Shown: positions 47,278-57,067 of the stretch, in pieces | Position numbering within the stretch: the first letter of the stretch is position 1 | Layout of the letters: each line of letters starts with the position of its first letter | Origin: an uncultured delta proteobacterium | Lineage (GTDB): Bacteria; Myxococcota_A; Polyangia; Fen-1088 | Length of the DNA stretch: 64,000 nucleotides | Reading direction: 5' to 3' | Assembly (NCBI GenBank): GCA_963767925.1 | Contig: CAVYGB010000006.1 | Coordinates: 256,001 to 320,000, forward strand | Notes under the pieces: model-generated | The model's input: the letters and a program-made list of their open reading frames with translations, nothing else | Database searches by the model: none | Told to the model about the DNA's origin: nothing | Position numbers and translations under genes: made by a program

Positions 47278-48165
47278 TCAGAGGGCGGCGAAGAAGGCCG
47301 CGGGGTCGCTGGCGGCGGGGAGGTGGCGGCCGCCGGGGTAGGCGGGCTCGAGCCGGCCGTCGCGGAAGCGGCGCACGCCGTACAGCGTGGCGAAGCTGAA
47401 GTCGGGGGCCGCCTCGCCCTGGCCGCCCACGATCTCGCCGCCCCGGCGCACGTTGTCCTGCATCCAGGCTGGCATGCGCAGGTGGTAGGGGTTGCGCAGC
47501 ACCTCGCCGGCGTGAAAGGAGGTCGCCGCCACCAGGTCGGCCACGTCCTCGACGCTCGACTCGACGGTGAGGTTGGGCGCGGGCATGGCGCCCCAATATT
47601 CGGTCTCCACCACCGCCCCGGGGAAGGTCGCGCCCAGCCGGGCCAGCGCGTCCAGCACCAGGAAGTGGGTGCCGATGTGGGTGATGTTCCAGTCGCCGGC
47701 GTGGGGGAGAAAGACGATCGCCGGATCGTGCTCGCGCAGCAGGGCCGCGATCCGGTCGACCGCGCTCTGCCAGTGAACCGGATCCTGCTCGCGGGTGCGG
47801 GGGTTGATCCGCTCGAGGCCTCCGGGAACGGTGGTCAGCACCTCGAAGCCGAGGTGGTCGCAGGCCCCGCGCAGCTCGGCCAGCCGGGGGCCCTGGCGGT
47901 CCTTGCGGCTGCCCTGGGTCACCGCCACGTCGGCCACCCGCGCGCCCGCCTGGCGCAGCAGGCGCAGGGGCAGGCCGCCCACCAGGCACTCGTCGTCGGG
48001 GTGCGGGGCGAAGATCAGGACCCGCGGTCCGCCGGCGGCAGCGACAGCGGCCTCCGCGGGGGCGGCGACCGGCAGGCCGCCGAGCGGGAGAGCCCGCCCC
48101 TCCTGCATGAGGCGGACGTGTTCGGCCACCCAGCGCAGGTAGGGGTTGTCGCCGGCGGGCTTCAC
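47278..48165 (-). CDS. PIG-L/LmbE family N-acetyl sugar deacetylase
   Basis: FAPHPDDE, VTQG, RLAEL, PHAGDWNITH. Confidence 0.88.
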   Translation of the reverse strand: MKPAGDNPYLRWVAEHVRLMQEGRALPLGGLPVAAPAEAAVAAAGGPRVLIFAPHPDDECLVGGLPLRLLRQAGARVADVAVTQGSRKDRQGPRLAELRGACDHLGFEVLTTVPGGLERINPRTREQDPVHWQSAVDRIAALLREHDPAIVFLPHAGDWNITHIGTHFLVLDALARLGATFPGAVVETEYWGAMPAPNLTVESSVEDVADLVAATSFHAGEVLRNPYHLRMPAWMQDNVRRGGEIVGGQGEAAPDFSFATLYGVRRFRDGRLEPAYPGGRHLPAASDPAAFFAAL

Positions 48166-49583
48166 GCCGCCACCGGGGCCAGCGCGGGCAAGCTGGCGGC
48201 GGCGATGGCCTGGCCGTGGCGCTTGTTCTTCTCGTCGGGCATGTGAAAGCGGATGGTCTGGGCCAGCTCGGGGAAGTCGACCCGCAGGACCTCCGCCGCG
48301 GTGTCGCGCAGGATGGTCCCGCCCGCTCCCGAGGTCACGCGGCCGAGGACCAGCACGTGGCGGATGGGATAATAGCCGGCAAAGTGCGCCACCGCGTAGC
48401 CGAGGTAGGTCCCCAGGGTCTGGTAGATGCGGGCGGCCCGCGCGTCCCCCTCGGCCATCAGCCCCTGCACCACCTTGAGGCGCTCGGGCAACGGCAGGGC
48501 GTCGTCGACCGCGATCCCGGCCGGGGCCAGCAGCCGCCCCACCGCCTGCTGCGACAGGTACTGCACGCCGCAGCCCCGGTCACCCGACCACTCGTCGCGG
48601 GGGGCCTGGGGGTGGAAGTCGACCGGCACGAAGGCCAGCTCGTTGAGCCAGGAGGTGATGTTTCCCTCGGGCGTGACGTAGCCGGCGGCGGTGCTGGTCC
48701 CGAGGGCGATGCCCAGCACGGCGTTGTCGTGCAGGGCCATCGATCCGGCCAGGGCCGTCACCTCGCCATCGTTGACCACCTCGAAGGGCAGGTCGTGCCA
48801 GCGGCGCCGGATCTCGAGGAACAGGTCCTTCACCTCGCCCTCGAAGCGATCGCGGGGGACGCCCCGGAACAGCGAGGCCACCTTGACCTGGCCGTTGACG
48901 TAGACCCCGGCCGCGCAGCCGCCGATGGCGTCAACCCGCGGCAAATGGGCCGCCGCCCGCTGCAGCGACTCCTCGATGCCGCGCAGGTGGTAGCCGGGAT
49001 CGCCCTGCGGGTAGGGATCCCACTCCACCTCCTCGCTCCACACCACCTCGCCGTCGATGACGGCGGCGGCCTTGCGGTCGCTGCCCCCCAGATCGAAGCC
49101 GATCCGGCAGCCCTCGAGGTGACGGCCCAGGGGGGTGGTGCGGGCCCGCTCGGGCGGCAGCTCGCGGCTGGCCACCACCTCGAGCGGGCGGCCGAAGATC
49201 CGCTGGCCCACCGTCTCCGAATCGAAGCGACCGGTTTCGCTGTCGCGGTAGTGGGCGGCGAGCTGGGCGGCCAGCGCGGGCGGGCCGTCGAGGTGGAAAC
49301 GGAACCCGCCCCGCGACCAGAGGGCCAGCTTGGCCAGCCGCTCGAGGTGAACGAAGTTGGCAGCCGCCTCCGGGTGGGCCGCGGGCAGCAGCTCGGTCTC
49401 GAAGTGAAACACCGAGCCGTCGGTCTGCTCGAGCGCCAGGCGCACCGGCTGGCCGCCGGCCAGGGCCCGGACCTTCCGGCGGAAGGCGCGCGTGCTGAGC
49501 GCCGCCGGGCGGAAGCGGGCATCGAGGCTGGGAATCACGCCGGGGGCGGCGAGCGCCAGGCCCCGGTCTTCATCTTGGGACAT
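48162..49583 (-). CDS. ROK-family sugar kinase/regulator with N-terminal extension
   Basis: IGFDLGGSD, VVNDGEV, LGTS, ELAF. Confidence 0.85.
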   Translation of the reverse strand: MSQDEDRGLALAAPGVIPSLDARFRPAALSTRAFRRKVRALAGGQPVRLALEQTDGSVFHFETELLPAAHPEAAANFVHLERLAKLALWSRGGFRFHLDGPPALAAQLAAHYRDSETGRFDSETVGQRIFGRPLEVVASRELPPERARTTPLGRHLEGCRIGFDLGGSDRKAAAVIDGEVVWSEEVEWDPYPQGDPGYHLRGIEESLQRAAAHLPRVDAIGGCAAGVYVNGQVKVASLFRGVPRDRFEGEVKDLFLEIRRRWHDLPFEVVNDGEVTALAGSMALHDNAVLGIALGTSTAAGYVTPEGNITSWLNELAFVPVDFHPQAPRDEWSGDRGCGVQYLSQQAVGRLLAPAGIAVDDALPLPERLKVVQGLMAEGDARAARIYQTLGTYLGYAVAHFAGYYPIRHVLVLGRVTSGAGGTILRDTAAEVLRVDFPELAQTIRFHMPDEKNKRHGQAIAAASLPALAPVAA

Positions 49584-49719
49584 CGACCGGGCATTTGTAG
49601 GCGAGCGGGTGGGCCCCCTTCAAGCGCCGCCCGGCCCTGGCCCCGGTTCGGGCACACGTGTTGATTGGAATGCGCAAGGGCCCGCGCCTTCGTGACCCTG
49701 ACACCCGGAGCCGCAGGGC

Positions 49720-51504
49720 TCAGGACTGGGGGGTGGCCGGGCGTGCGAGCAGGTGGAGGATGGCGTCGACGTCGACCGGCTTCACCAGGTGCTCGTCGAA
49801 GCCGACCGCCAGCGAACGTTTCCGGTCGGACTCCTGCCCGAACCCGCTGACCGCCACCAAACGGATCTTCCCCTTGCCGAGCCGCTTGCGGATCTCGGTG
49901 GCGACGCCGTAACCGTCGAGCTTGGGCAGGCCGATGTCGACGATGGCCAGGTCGGGCTGGCAGCGGGCGATCAGCTCCACGCCCGCGAGGCCATCGCCCG
50001 CCACCTCGACCTTGTGGCCCCAGCTGCTGAGCAGCTCGGACATGGTCTCGCGGATGTCGGGGTTGTCGTCGACCAGCGCGATGACGAGGGGGCGGTCGCC
50101 CGCGCCCGGCGCGGCCGGGGCGCTCGGCTCGACGGTCATCGCCGCCAGCCGGCTTGGGCTGCCCACCGGCACCCAGAGCGTGAAGGTCGCGCCGAGCCCG
50201 GGGCCCTCGCTGTGAGCCTGCACCCGGCCACCGTGCAGGACCACCAGGCGCTGCACCAGGGTGAGGCCCAGGCCCAGCCCGCCCCCGCCCTCCTGCTCCT
50301 GGATGAACATGCCGAAGATGCGCGGCATGACATCGGCGGCGATACCCCGGCCGTTGTCGGTGACCTGGATCCGGATCTCGTCGCGCTGGGCCCCCGCCTG
50401 CAGGGTGATCTGCCCGCCCGGCTCGGTGTAGCGGATGGCGTTGTTGAGCAGGTTGGCGATGACCTGGGTCAGGCGCACGCCGTCGGCCACCAGGGCCACC
50501 GGGTCGGGGGGCAGGTCGAGCGTGAGGGCGTGGCCCCGCTCCTCCAGGGCCGGCCGCACGGTGGCCACCGCCTGCTCGATCACGTCGCGCAGCTCGACCG
50601 TCTCCTTGCGCAGCTCGATCTTGCCCGAGCTGATGCGCTGGACGTCGAGCAGGTCGTCGACGAGGCGGTTGAGGTGCTTGAGCTGGCGACCCATGGCCTG
50701 CCGGGTGCGGTGCAGGCGGATGGCGTCGACCGGGGTGGCGTTGAGGCCACTCTTGAGGATCTCCAGGCCCGCCATCAGCGGGGCCAGCGGGTTGCGCAGC
50801 TCGTGGCCCAGCACCGCCAGGAACTCGTCCTTGCGCCGGTCGGCCGCCTCGAGCGCGCGGTTGAGGAGGATGAGCTCGCTCTCGACCCGGTCCTTCTGCT
50901 CGATGGTGGCGGCCAGCTCCTGGGCCTTGAGGGCCAGGGCCTCGGCCGCCCGCCGGGCCTCGTCGCGCTGGCCGCGCAGCGACTCCTCTTGCCAGCGGCG
51001 CCGCTCCTCCTGCAGCCGCTGCTCGTGCAGGAGCTGCTGCTCGGAGCGGAGGATCTCGATCTGGCGGGCCACCTCGTCGGTGCGCCGGGCGAGCTCGACG
51101 AACACCGCCACCTTGGCCCGCAACACGCGGGGCACGATGGGCTTGAGCAGGAAGTCCACCGCGCCGAGCTCGTAGCCGGCCAGCACCTCCTGCTCGCTGC
51201 GGGGATAAGCGGTCAGAAAGATGATGGGCGTGTGCCGGCAGGACTTGCCCGCCCGGATGAGGCGGGCGGTGGCGAAGCCGTCGAGCGTCGGCATGTTGAC
51301 GTCGATCAACATGACGGCGCAGGGCCGCTCGGCGGCGCGCTCGACCGCCTCCCGGCCGGACTGAGCGCAGATCACCTCGCTGCCCAGTCCCTCCAGCGCG
51401 GCCTTTATGGCGATCAGGTTGGCCGCGTTGTCGTCGACCAGGAGGATGTCACCCGAGCTCGCAGCTACATCAGACGCCATCATTGGATCCGCTGTACGCA
51501 CCAT
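49720..51504 (-). CDS. Hybrid histidine kinase REC-HisKA-HATPase-REC
   Basis: [38 protein letters not shown]-terminal DIGLP...KP. Confidence 0.95.
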   Translation of the reverse strand: MVRTADPMMASDVAASSGDILLVDDNAANLIAIKAALEGLGSEVICAQSGREAVERAAERPCAVMLIDVNMPTLDGFATARLIRAGKSCRHTPIIFLTAYPRSEQEVLAGYELGAVDFLLKPIVPRVLRAKVAVFVELARRTDEVARQIEILRSEQQLLHEQRLQEERRRWQEESLRGQRDEARRAAEALALKAQELAATIEQKDRVESELILLNRALEAADRRKDEFLAVLGHELRNPLAPLMAGLEILKSGLNATPVDAIRLHRTRQAMGRQLKHLNRLVDDLLDVQRISSGKIELRKETVELRDVIEQAVATVRPALEERGHALTLDLPPDPVALVADGVRLTQVIANLLNNAIRYTEPGGQITLQAGAQRDEIRIQVTDNGRGIAADVMPRIFGMFIQEQEGGGGLGLGLTLVQRLVVLHGGRVQAHSEGPGLGATFTLWVPVGSPSRLAAMTVEPSAPAAPGAGDRPLVIALVDDNPDIRETMSELLSSWGHKVEVAGDGLAGVELIARCQPDLAIVDIGLPKLDGYGVATEIRKRLGKGKIRLVAVSGFGQESDRKRSLAVGFDEHLVKPVDVDAILHLLARPATPQS

Positions 51505-51732
51505 CCAGGGGGCGGCTACTCCGAAGGAAAACTATGTACGGATCCCCGCCAGGACGCCAGCAGCAACCGCCCCCCGTCTGCCAGAGATCAGCCGAATGTT
51601 GTACAGGATCCTCCCGAGCCCGCGGCCGTCCCGAGGTGCGAAGCCGCCGCCGGCGCAGCGGCGGGCCACGAAAGGCGGCGGTCCGGCAAGAAGGGCAGGC
51701 CAGGCGGGCCACCGGGGGCCCACCGCCTCACC

Positions 51733-54669
51733 TCACTGCGGATCGATGCAGGAGCCGGCCAGGCAGAGCTTGCCCGGTGCGCAGCCCGCGTTGTTGAGCG
51801 GCTCGCAGCTGCTGAGGCAGACGCCGTCCGCGCAGGCAAACGGGTTGCAGCTCGTGGGGGGATCGGCGCTGTCCTGGCAGACGCCGGCGCCGTTGCACAC
51901 CCGGCCCTGGACCGAAGCTCCCCCCGAGACGCAAGTGCCACCACAATTCTGCCCCTGAGCGCGCAGCTTGCAGACGCCGCTGCCGTCGCACTTGCCGGTC
52001 GTGCCGCAGGGGTTGGTCCCCATCTGGTCGCTGCAGCTATCGGGATCGGAGCCCTCGTCGGCGACGTTGGCGCAGGTGCCCTGGGGGTTGCGGCAACTCT
52101 GGCAGGAGCCGCAGCTCGCGCTGCCGCAGCAGGTCCCGTCCACGCAGCTGCCCGAGCCACACTCGCCGGCGTTGGTGCAGCTCGCGCCGAGGGCCTTCTT
52201 GCCGCAGCTCCCGTCGTCCCCGCACACGCCCACCGAGCAGTCGCCGTCGTCCGCGCAGGTCTCGCGGCACCTGGAGGCGCCGTCGCAGGTGAAGGGGGCG
52301 CAGGTCTGCTGCCCGCTGGCCGGGCAGTTGCCGTTGCCGTCGCAGAAGGCGGGGGCCGATCGATCGCTCGACCCGGCCGGGCAGGCGGCCGCCCGGCACT
52401 GGGTGCTCCGGCCCCACTGGCGGCAGGCGCCGCCGCCGTTGCAGGTCCCGTCGTTGCCACAGCTTCGCTCGGGCGACGGGGCGCAGCCCCCCTGGGGGTC
52501 GCTGCCGCCGGGGGGCACGTTGGTGCAGGTGCCCATCGACCCGGGCACCGCGCAGCTCTGGCAAGTGCCCCCGCAGGCGGTGCCGCAGCAGACGCCCTCC
52601 ACGCAGAAGCCGGAGGCGCACTCGGGGCCGTTGCCGCAGGGGCTGCCGTCGGTCTTGGTGCCGCAGCGGCCGTTGTCATCGCACTGGTTGGGCGCCTGAC
52701 ACTGGCCGTTGCCGGTGCAGGAGTTGAAGCAGTCGGTGCCCTCGCCGTTGCAGGCGAAGGGGGCGCAGGCCTGGGTGGCCCCCGGGACGCAGCTCCCGCC
52801 ACCGTCGCAGGCCGATACCAGCGTGCGCTGGCCCCCGTTGCAGCTCGCCGACCGGCAGACCGTGCCGGCGGCGTAGCGCCGGCAGGCGCCCCCGCCGTCA
52901 CACAGGCCGTCGGTGCGGCAGCTCGTGGGCCCCTCGTCGCGGCACTGGTCCGCGGGGTCGGGGCTGCCCGCCGCCACCGCCGAGCAGGTCCCGGCCTGGC
53001 CGACCTGGTTGCAGGAGAAGCAGCTCGCCGTGCAGGCCGACGAGCAGCAGACGCCCTGGGCGCAGAAGTTCGATCCGCACTCGGCCGCCGCCGAGCAGAG
53101 GGCGCCGAGCGGTTTGCGGCCGCAGGAACCGTCCTGGCAGGTGGCGGGGGCGACACACTGGCTGTCGTTGGCGCAGGAGGAGCCGCAGCTCGCCCCGTTG
53201 CAGCGGAAGGGGGCGCAGGAGGTGGCGGCCGGCGTCACGCAGCTGCCCGCGGCGCAGGTCCCGTCCTGGGTCTCCCGGTTGCTGCCGGCGTCGCAGCTCT
53301 CGGCCCGGCAGGCGGTGCCGTTGGGGTAGCGCTGGCAGCCGCGGTTGCCGTTGCAGCGGCCGTTGGTGCCGCAGGAGGCGGCGCCGGTGTCGGCGCAGGC
53401 CGCCCGGGGATCGGGCGTGCCGGGGGGGGTGTTGGTGCAGCGGCCGCGCGAGCCGGGGAAGCCACAGAACACGCAGCTCCCGCCGCAGGCGCTGTTGCAG
53501 CAGAAGCCGTCCACGCAGAAGCTGGACTGGCACTCGGCGGCGCCGGCGCAGGCCTGGCCGTTCTGCTTCTTGCCGCAGGAGCCCTGCTGGCAGGTGTTGC
53601 CCCCGGTGCAGTCGGCGGTGGCGGTGCAGCTCGCCTTGCAGACGTTGTCCGAGCAGGCGTAAGGAGCGCAGGGCACTGGCGCACCCACCAGGCAGGTGCC
53701 CGCCCCGTCACACACGCTCATCGGGAGCTCGCTGCCGCCCGAGCAGCTCCCGGGCCGGCACTCGGTGCCGGCCGCGTATTTGGCGCAGCCGCCCTGGCCG
53801 TTGCAGGTGCCGCTCAGGCCGCAGCCGGCGCGCGGCTCGGCCTGGCAGAGCCCGTGGGGGTCGGGGCTGCCGGCGGCGGCGGGGCTGCATTCGCCCATCT
53901 TGCCGACCTGGTTGCAGGCGACGCAGGGGCCCCCGCAGGCCAGGTTGCAACAGACGCCGTCGGTGCAGAAGTTCGAGGCGCACTCGCCGGCGGCGCCGCA
54001 GGTGGCGCCGAGCGGCTTTTTGCCACAGGAGCTGTCCTGGCAGGCCCGCCCGTCGCACTGGCTGTTCTCGGTGCAGCGGGAGAAGCAACGACCGCTCCCC
54101 GGGTCGCAGCCGTAGGGCGAGCAGACCGTGTTCGAGCCCTCGACACAGGACCCCGCCCGGCAGACCCGGGCCCCCGCCACGGCGTTGCCCTGGCACCGGC
54201 CGGCCGCACACTCGGTGCCGTCGGGGTAGCTGCGGCAGCCCCCGTTGCCGTTGCAGGTGCCGTCCAGCCCGCAGCTCGCGGCGGACTCCTGCTTGCACTG
54301 GCCCGGGACCACCGGGCGCTCACCCGCCGGGATGGGCCCACAGACACCGGGGCGATCGGGCAGGTTGCAGGCCTGGCAGGTGCCGGCGCAGCCGCTGTTG
54401 CAGCAGACGCCGTCCACGCAGAAGCCCGACTGGCAGGCCGAGTTGCAGCCGCAGGCGGTGCCGTTGGCCAGCTTGTCGATGGGCGGGCTGGCGCAGACCG
54501 CGGGCGGTGCCTCACGGATGAAGCCGTCGCGCCCACCTCCATCCCGTGTCCGGCCGTCGGTCCCGCCGTCAGCGGGGAGCACGACGGGGCGCGCCTCCGT
54601 GCGGCAGCCACCCAGCAACAACATCGCCAGCAGCGGCGCCCCCAGAACCCAAGCTCTATTACCCGACAT
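51733..54669 (-). CDS. Large cysteine-rich repeat lipoprotein (six ~155-aa repeats)
   Basis: Lipobox LLLGGC; six units beginning K-x-x-G-x-x-C...C-x-S-x-[FS]-C-x-[DEQ]-G-x-CC. Confidence 0.88.
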   Translation of the reverse strand: MSGNRAWVLGAPLLAMLLLGGCRTEARPVVLPADGGTDGRTRDGGGRDGFIREAPPAVCASPPIDKLANGTACGCNSACQSGFCVDGVCCNSGCAGTCQACNLPDRPGVCGPIPAGERPVVPGQCKQESAASCGLDGTCNGNGGCRSYPDGTECAAGRCQGNAVAGARVCRAGSCVEGSNTVCSPYGCDPGSGRCFSRCTENSQCDGRACQDSSCGKKPLGATCGAAGECASNFCTDGVCCNLACGGPCVACNQVGKMGECSPAAAGSPDPHGLCQAEPRAGCGLSGTCNGQGGCAKYAAGTECRPGSCSGGSELPMSVCDGAGTCLVGAPVPCAPYACSDNVCKASCTATADCTGGNTCQQGSCGKKQNGQACAGAAECQSSFCVDGFCCNSACGGSCVFCGFPGSRGRCTNTPPGTPDPRAACADTGAASCGTNGRCNGNRGCQRYPNGTACRAESCDAGSNRETQDGTCAAGSCVTPAATSCAPFRCNGASCGSSCANDSQCVAPATCQDGSCGRKPLGALCSAAAECGSNFCAQGVCCSSACTASCFSCNQVGQAGTCSAVAAGSPDPADQCRDEGPTSCRTDGLCDGGGACRRYAAGTVCRSASCNGGQRTLVSACDGGGSCVPGATQACAPFACNGEGTDCFNSCTGNGQCQAPNQCDDNGRCGTKTDGSPCGNGPECASGFCVEGVCCGTACGGTCQSCAVPGSMGTCTNVPPGGSDPQGGCAPSPERSCGNDGTCNGGGACRQWGRSTQCRAAACPAGSSDRSAPAFCDGNGNCPASGQQTCAPFTCDGASRCRETCADDGDCSVGVCGDDGSCGKKALGASCTNAGECGSGSCVDGTCCGSASCGSCQSCRNPQGTCANVADEGSDPDSCSDQMGTNPCGTTGKCDGSGVCKLRAQGQNCGGTCVSGGASVQGRVCNGAGVCQDSADPPTSCNPFACADGVCLSSCEPLNNAGCAPGKLCLAGSCIDPQ

Positions 54670-54824
54670 CAACTTCCCTCGACGTCCCTTCGCCCATCAG
54701 GGCTCAGACGGAGGTAATTGTAATCCATAAATCGGAGTGTAAGAGAAAATACTCTCTTGACACACCCTAACGAGTCGAGCCGGCGTCCTCCGCCAGCGTC
54801 ACGGGTCCGGCGGGCACCGGCGGG

Positions 54825-54867
54825 AAAAAAGCAGGGAGAGGGGCCCCTTTCCGGTCCCCCTCGTCCC
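54825..54867 (-). terminator. Probable intrinsic terminator of bfr
   Basis: Minus strand GGGACGAGGGGGACC-GGAAA-GGGGCCCCTCTCCC followed by TGCTTTTTT; imperfect stem. Confidence 0.6.
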
Positions 54868-54879
54868 ATCTCGACGTGG

Positions 54880-55347
54880 TCAGTGGATCTGCTGCGAGAG
54901 GTACTGCTGCTCGCCGACCTGGGCGAGGAGGGTGAGCTGGGCTTCCAGCCAGTTCACGTGCTCTTCCTCGGAGACGAGGATCTCCTCGAGCAGCTCGCGG
55001 GTCCCGTTGTCTCCGAGGCTCCGGCACAGCTCGATGGCGGCGTTGAGCTTGCCGATGGCGGTGCGCTCCAGGTCCAGGTCCAGCCGATGCTGCTCGGGAA
55101 CGGTCTCGCCGATGGTGATCTTCCACAGGCGCTGCACGTTGGGAATGCCTTCGAGGTAGAGGATCCGCGCGATCAGCTTGTCCGCGTGTTTCATCTCGTC
55201 GATGGACTCGGCCCGCCCGTGCTCCCAGAGCCGCTTGTAGCCCCAGTTTTCACACATGCGGGCGTGCAGAAAGTACTGATTCGTCGAGGACAGCTCTCCA
55301 GTGAGGATGTCGTTGAGGGCGTCGATGACTTCCGGTTTGCCTTTCAT
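54880..55347 (-). CDS. bfr: Bacterioferritin
   Basis: MKGKPEVI...[11 protein letters not shown]...[10 protein letters not shown]...RILYLEG...EEEHVNWLE. Confidence 0.97.
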   Translation of the reverse strand: MKGKPEVIDALNDILTGELSSTNQYFLHARMCENWGYKRLWEHGRAESIDEMKHADKLIARILYLEGIPNVQRLWKITIGETVPEQHRLDLDLERTAIGKLNAAIELCRSLGDNGTRELLEEILVSEEEHVNWLEAQLTLLAQVGEQQYLSQQIH

Positions 55348-55455
55348 CGTGGCCCCATAGTACGCCAAGGGGCGGCAATTGGCCCCACCCGTCTAAACCC
55401 CGGTTTCGACGGGCGATTGACTGACTCTACCTCGCCTGCTACCTAAAGAGAAGGC

Positions 55456-55474
55456 GATCTTGAGAATCAGTATC
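55456..55474. promoter_or_regulatory. Fur-box-like operator between divergent bfr and bfd
   Basis: GATCTTGAGAATCAGTATC matches GATAATGATAATCATTATC at 15/19. Confidence 0.7.
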
Positions 55475-55506
55475 AAATCTGGACCGATCGCGTCGGGGGT
55501 ACCACG

Positions 55507-55731
55507 ATGATCGTGTGTGTGTGCCATGGCATCTCCGACCGCCACATCGAGGCGCTGGTGGCCAGCGGCGCGCGGACCCCGGAGCAGGTCGAGCAGGCCT
55601 GCGGGGCGGGCAGCGACTGCGGCGCCTGCCGCTCCGAGGTGGAGCGGATCGTCGACTGTGCCGGGGTGTGTGCACCCCACAAGGCCAGCCAGACCTCGCC
55701 CAACCTGATCCTGCTCCGCGCCCGCCCCTGA
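55507..55731 (+). CDS. bfd: Bacterioferritin-associated [2Fe-2S] ferredoxin
   Basis: MIVCVCHGISD...GAGSDCGAC (CxC...CxxC), adjacent to bfr. Confidence 0.92.
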   Translation: MIVCVCHGISDRHIEALVASGARTPEQVEQACGAGSDCGACRSEVERIVDCAGVCAPHKASQTSPNLILLRARP

Positions 55732-55738
55732 GCCCGGC

Positions 55739-56968
55739 TCAGCGTGCCGGTCGAGCCGCGAGCACCGCGTTGGCGGTCGTGGCGCTGGCCTGCTGCGGGC
55801 GGCTGTCGAGCAGGCGGCCGCCGAGCAACAGGCCGAGCAGGCCGACGACGGTGGCGGTGGCCAGCGCAGCCCAGCGGCGGCGCCGGAGGGGGATGGCGCC
55901 GATGCCCGACGTCGGGTCGAGATCGGACCTGGCCAGGCGGGTGCTGGCCTGGGAGGGCCAGGTGCCGGCGGGGCCGGCGTCGATCACGGGCAGGTCAGCC
56001 GGGGTCAGAGAGACGCTGTTCTCTTCCCGCCCGAACAGGTCGTCGAGCAGGTTGGGGATCGCCTCGCTCCGGTAGCGGAGGTCCTGCACCACCGTCTCGA
56101 GGGCGTCGCCCAGCGCGCGGGCGTCGGGGAAGCGGTCGTCGGGCCGGCGCTGCAGCGCGCGCAGCACGATGGCGTCGAGGGCGGGCGGGATGCCCGGGCG
56201 CAGGGTCGAGGGGGCGACGACGGGCCGCTCGAGCACGTTCTGCATGGTCTCGTAGTCGGTCCGCCCCACGAATAGCCGCCGGCCGGTGAGCGCCTCCCAC
56301 ATCAGGACGCCGAGGGTGAAGAGGTCGGAGCGGTGGTCGAGGGGCTGCCCCTCGACCTGCTCGGGCGAGAGGTAGGGGAGCTTGCCCTTGCACACCCCGG
56401 TCTCGGTGTTTTCGCCGAGGGTGAACTCGCCCTGGGTCTTGGCGATCCCGAAGTCGAGCAGCTTCACGCCGCCCGAGCGCAGCAGCATGATGTTGGAAGG
56501 CGTGACGTCGCGGTGGACGATGTTGAGCGGCACGCCGGTCGAGGAGATCAGGCCGTGGGCGTAGGCCAGTCCTCGCACCACCTGCAGGACCACGAAGGCC
56601 ACCGTGGCGGGGTCGAGGCTCAGGTTGCGGGTGGCCAGCTCGCGCAAGATGGTCGACAGATCCCGGCCGCGCAGGTACTCCATCGTGAGGAAATAGCAGC
56701 CCTCGACCTCCCCGAAGTCGTAGGTCTGCACGATGTTCTCGTGGTCGAGGAGCGCCGAGATGCGGGCCTCGTTGACGAACATGTCGACGAAGTTCGTCGA
56801 CTCCGAGCGGTCCGAGCGGATGCGCTTGAGCACGAAGGTTCGCTGGAACCCCTCCGCCCCGTGGGCCACCGCCCGGAACACCTCCGCCATGCCCCCGGCG
56901 CCGATGCGCTCGAGCAGCACGTAGCGGCCAAAACGCACACCCCAATCCCCGGTCTGGCGTGTCCGCAC
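55739..56968 (-). CDS. Hanks-type Ser/Thr protein kinase with C-terminal TM segment
   Basis: GAGGMAEV, LKR, HRDVTPSN, DFG, YLSPEQ, SDLFTLG. Confidence 0.95.
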   Translation of the reverse strand: MRTRQTGDWGVRFGRYVLLERIGAGGMAEVFRAVAHGAEGFQRTFVLKRIRSDRSESTNFVDMFVNEARISALLDHENIVQTYDFGEVEGCYFLTMEYLRGRDLSTILRELATRNLSLDPATVAFVVLQVVRGLAYAHGLISSTGVPLNIVHRDVTPSNIMLLRSGGVKLLDFGIAKTQGEFTLGENTETGVCKGKLPYLSPEQVEGQPLDHRSDLFTLGVLMWEALTGRRLFVGRTDYETMQNVLERPVVAPSTLRPGIPPALDAIVLRALQRRPDDRFPDARALGDALETVVQDLRYRSEAIPNLLDDLFGREENSVSLTPADLPVIDAGPAGTWPSQASTRLARSDLDPTSGIGAIPLRRRRWAALATATVVGLLGLLLGGRLLDSRPQQASATTANAVLAARPAR

Positions 56969-57067
56969 CGTTCGATCTCCCTCATTGAATGGTAATACAA
57001 GTTACCAAAATAACAAGGAGACACCCTCGGGCCCGCCCCCGAGGGAAAGCCCAATCGGCCCCGTGGG

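Noticed and set aside
51733..54669. Periodic DNA repeats as a possible CRISPR array
   Set aside because: Degenerate in-frame protein repeats; no identical repeat-spacer structure and no cas genes.
49753..54717. 1654-aa plus-strand ORF (and similarly 59493..62345)
   Set aside because: Antisense shadow of real minus-strand genes.
54880..55731. bfr/bfd as part of a siderophore locus with the cluster
   Set aside because: 22 kb away with many unrelated genes between.
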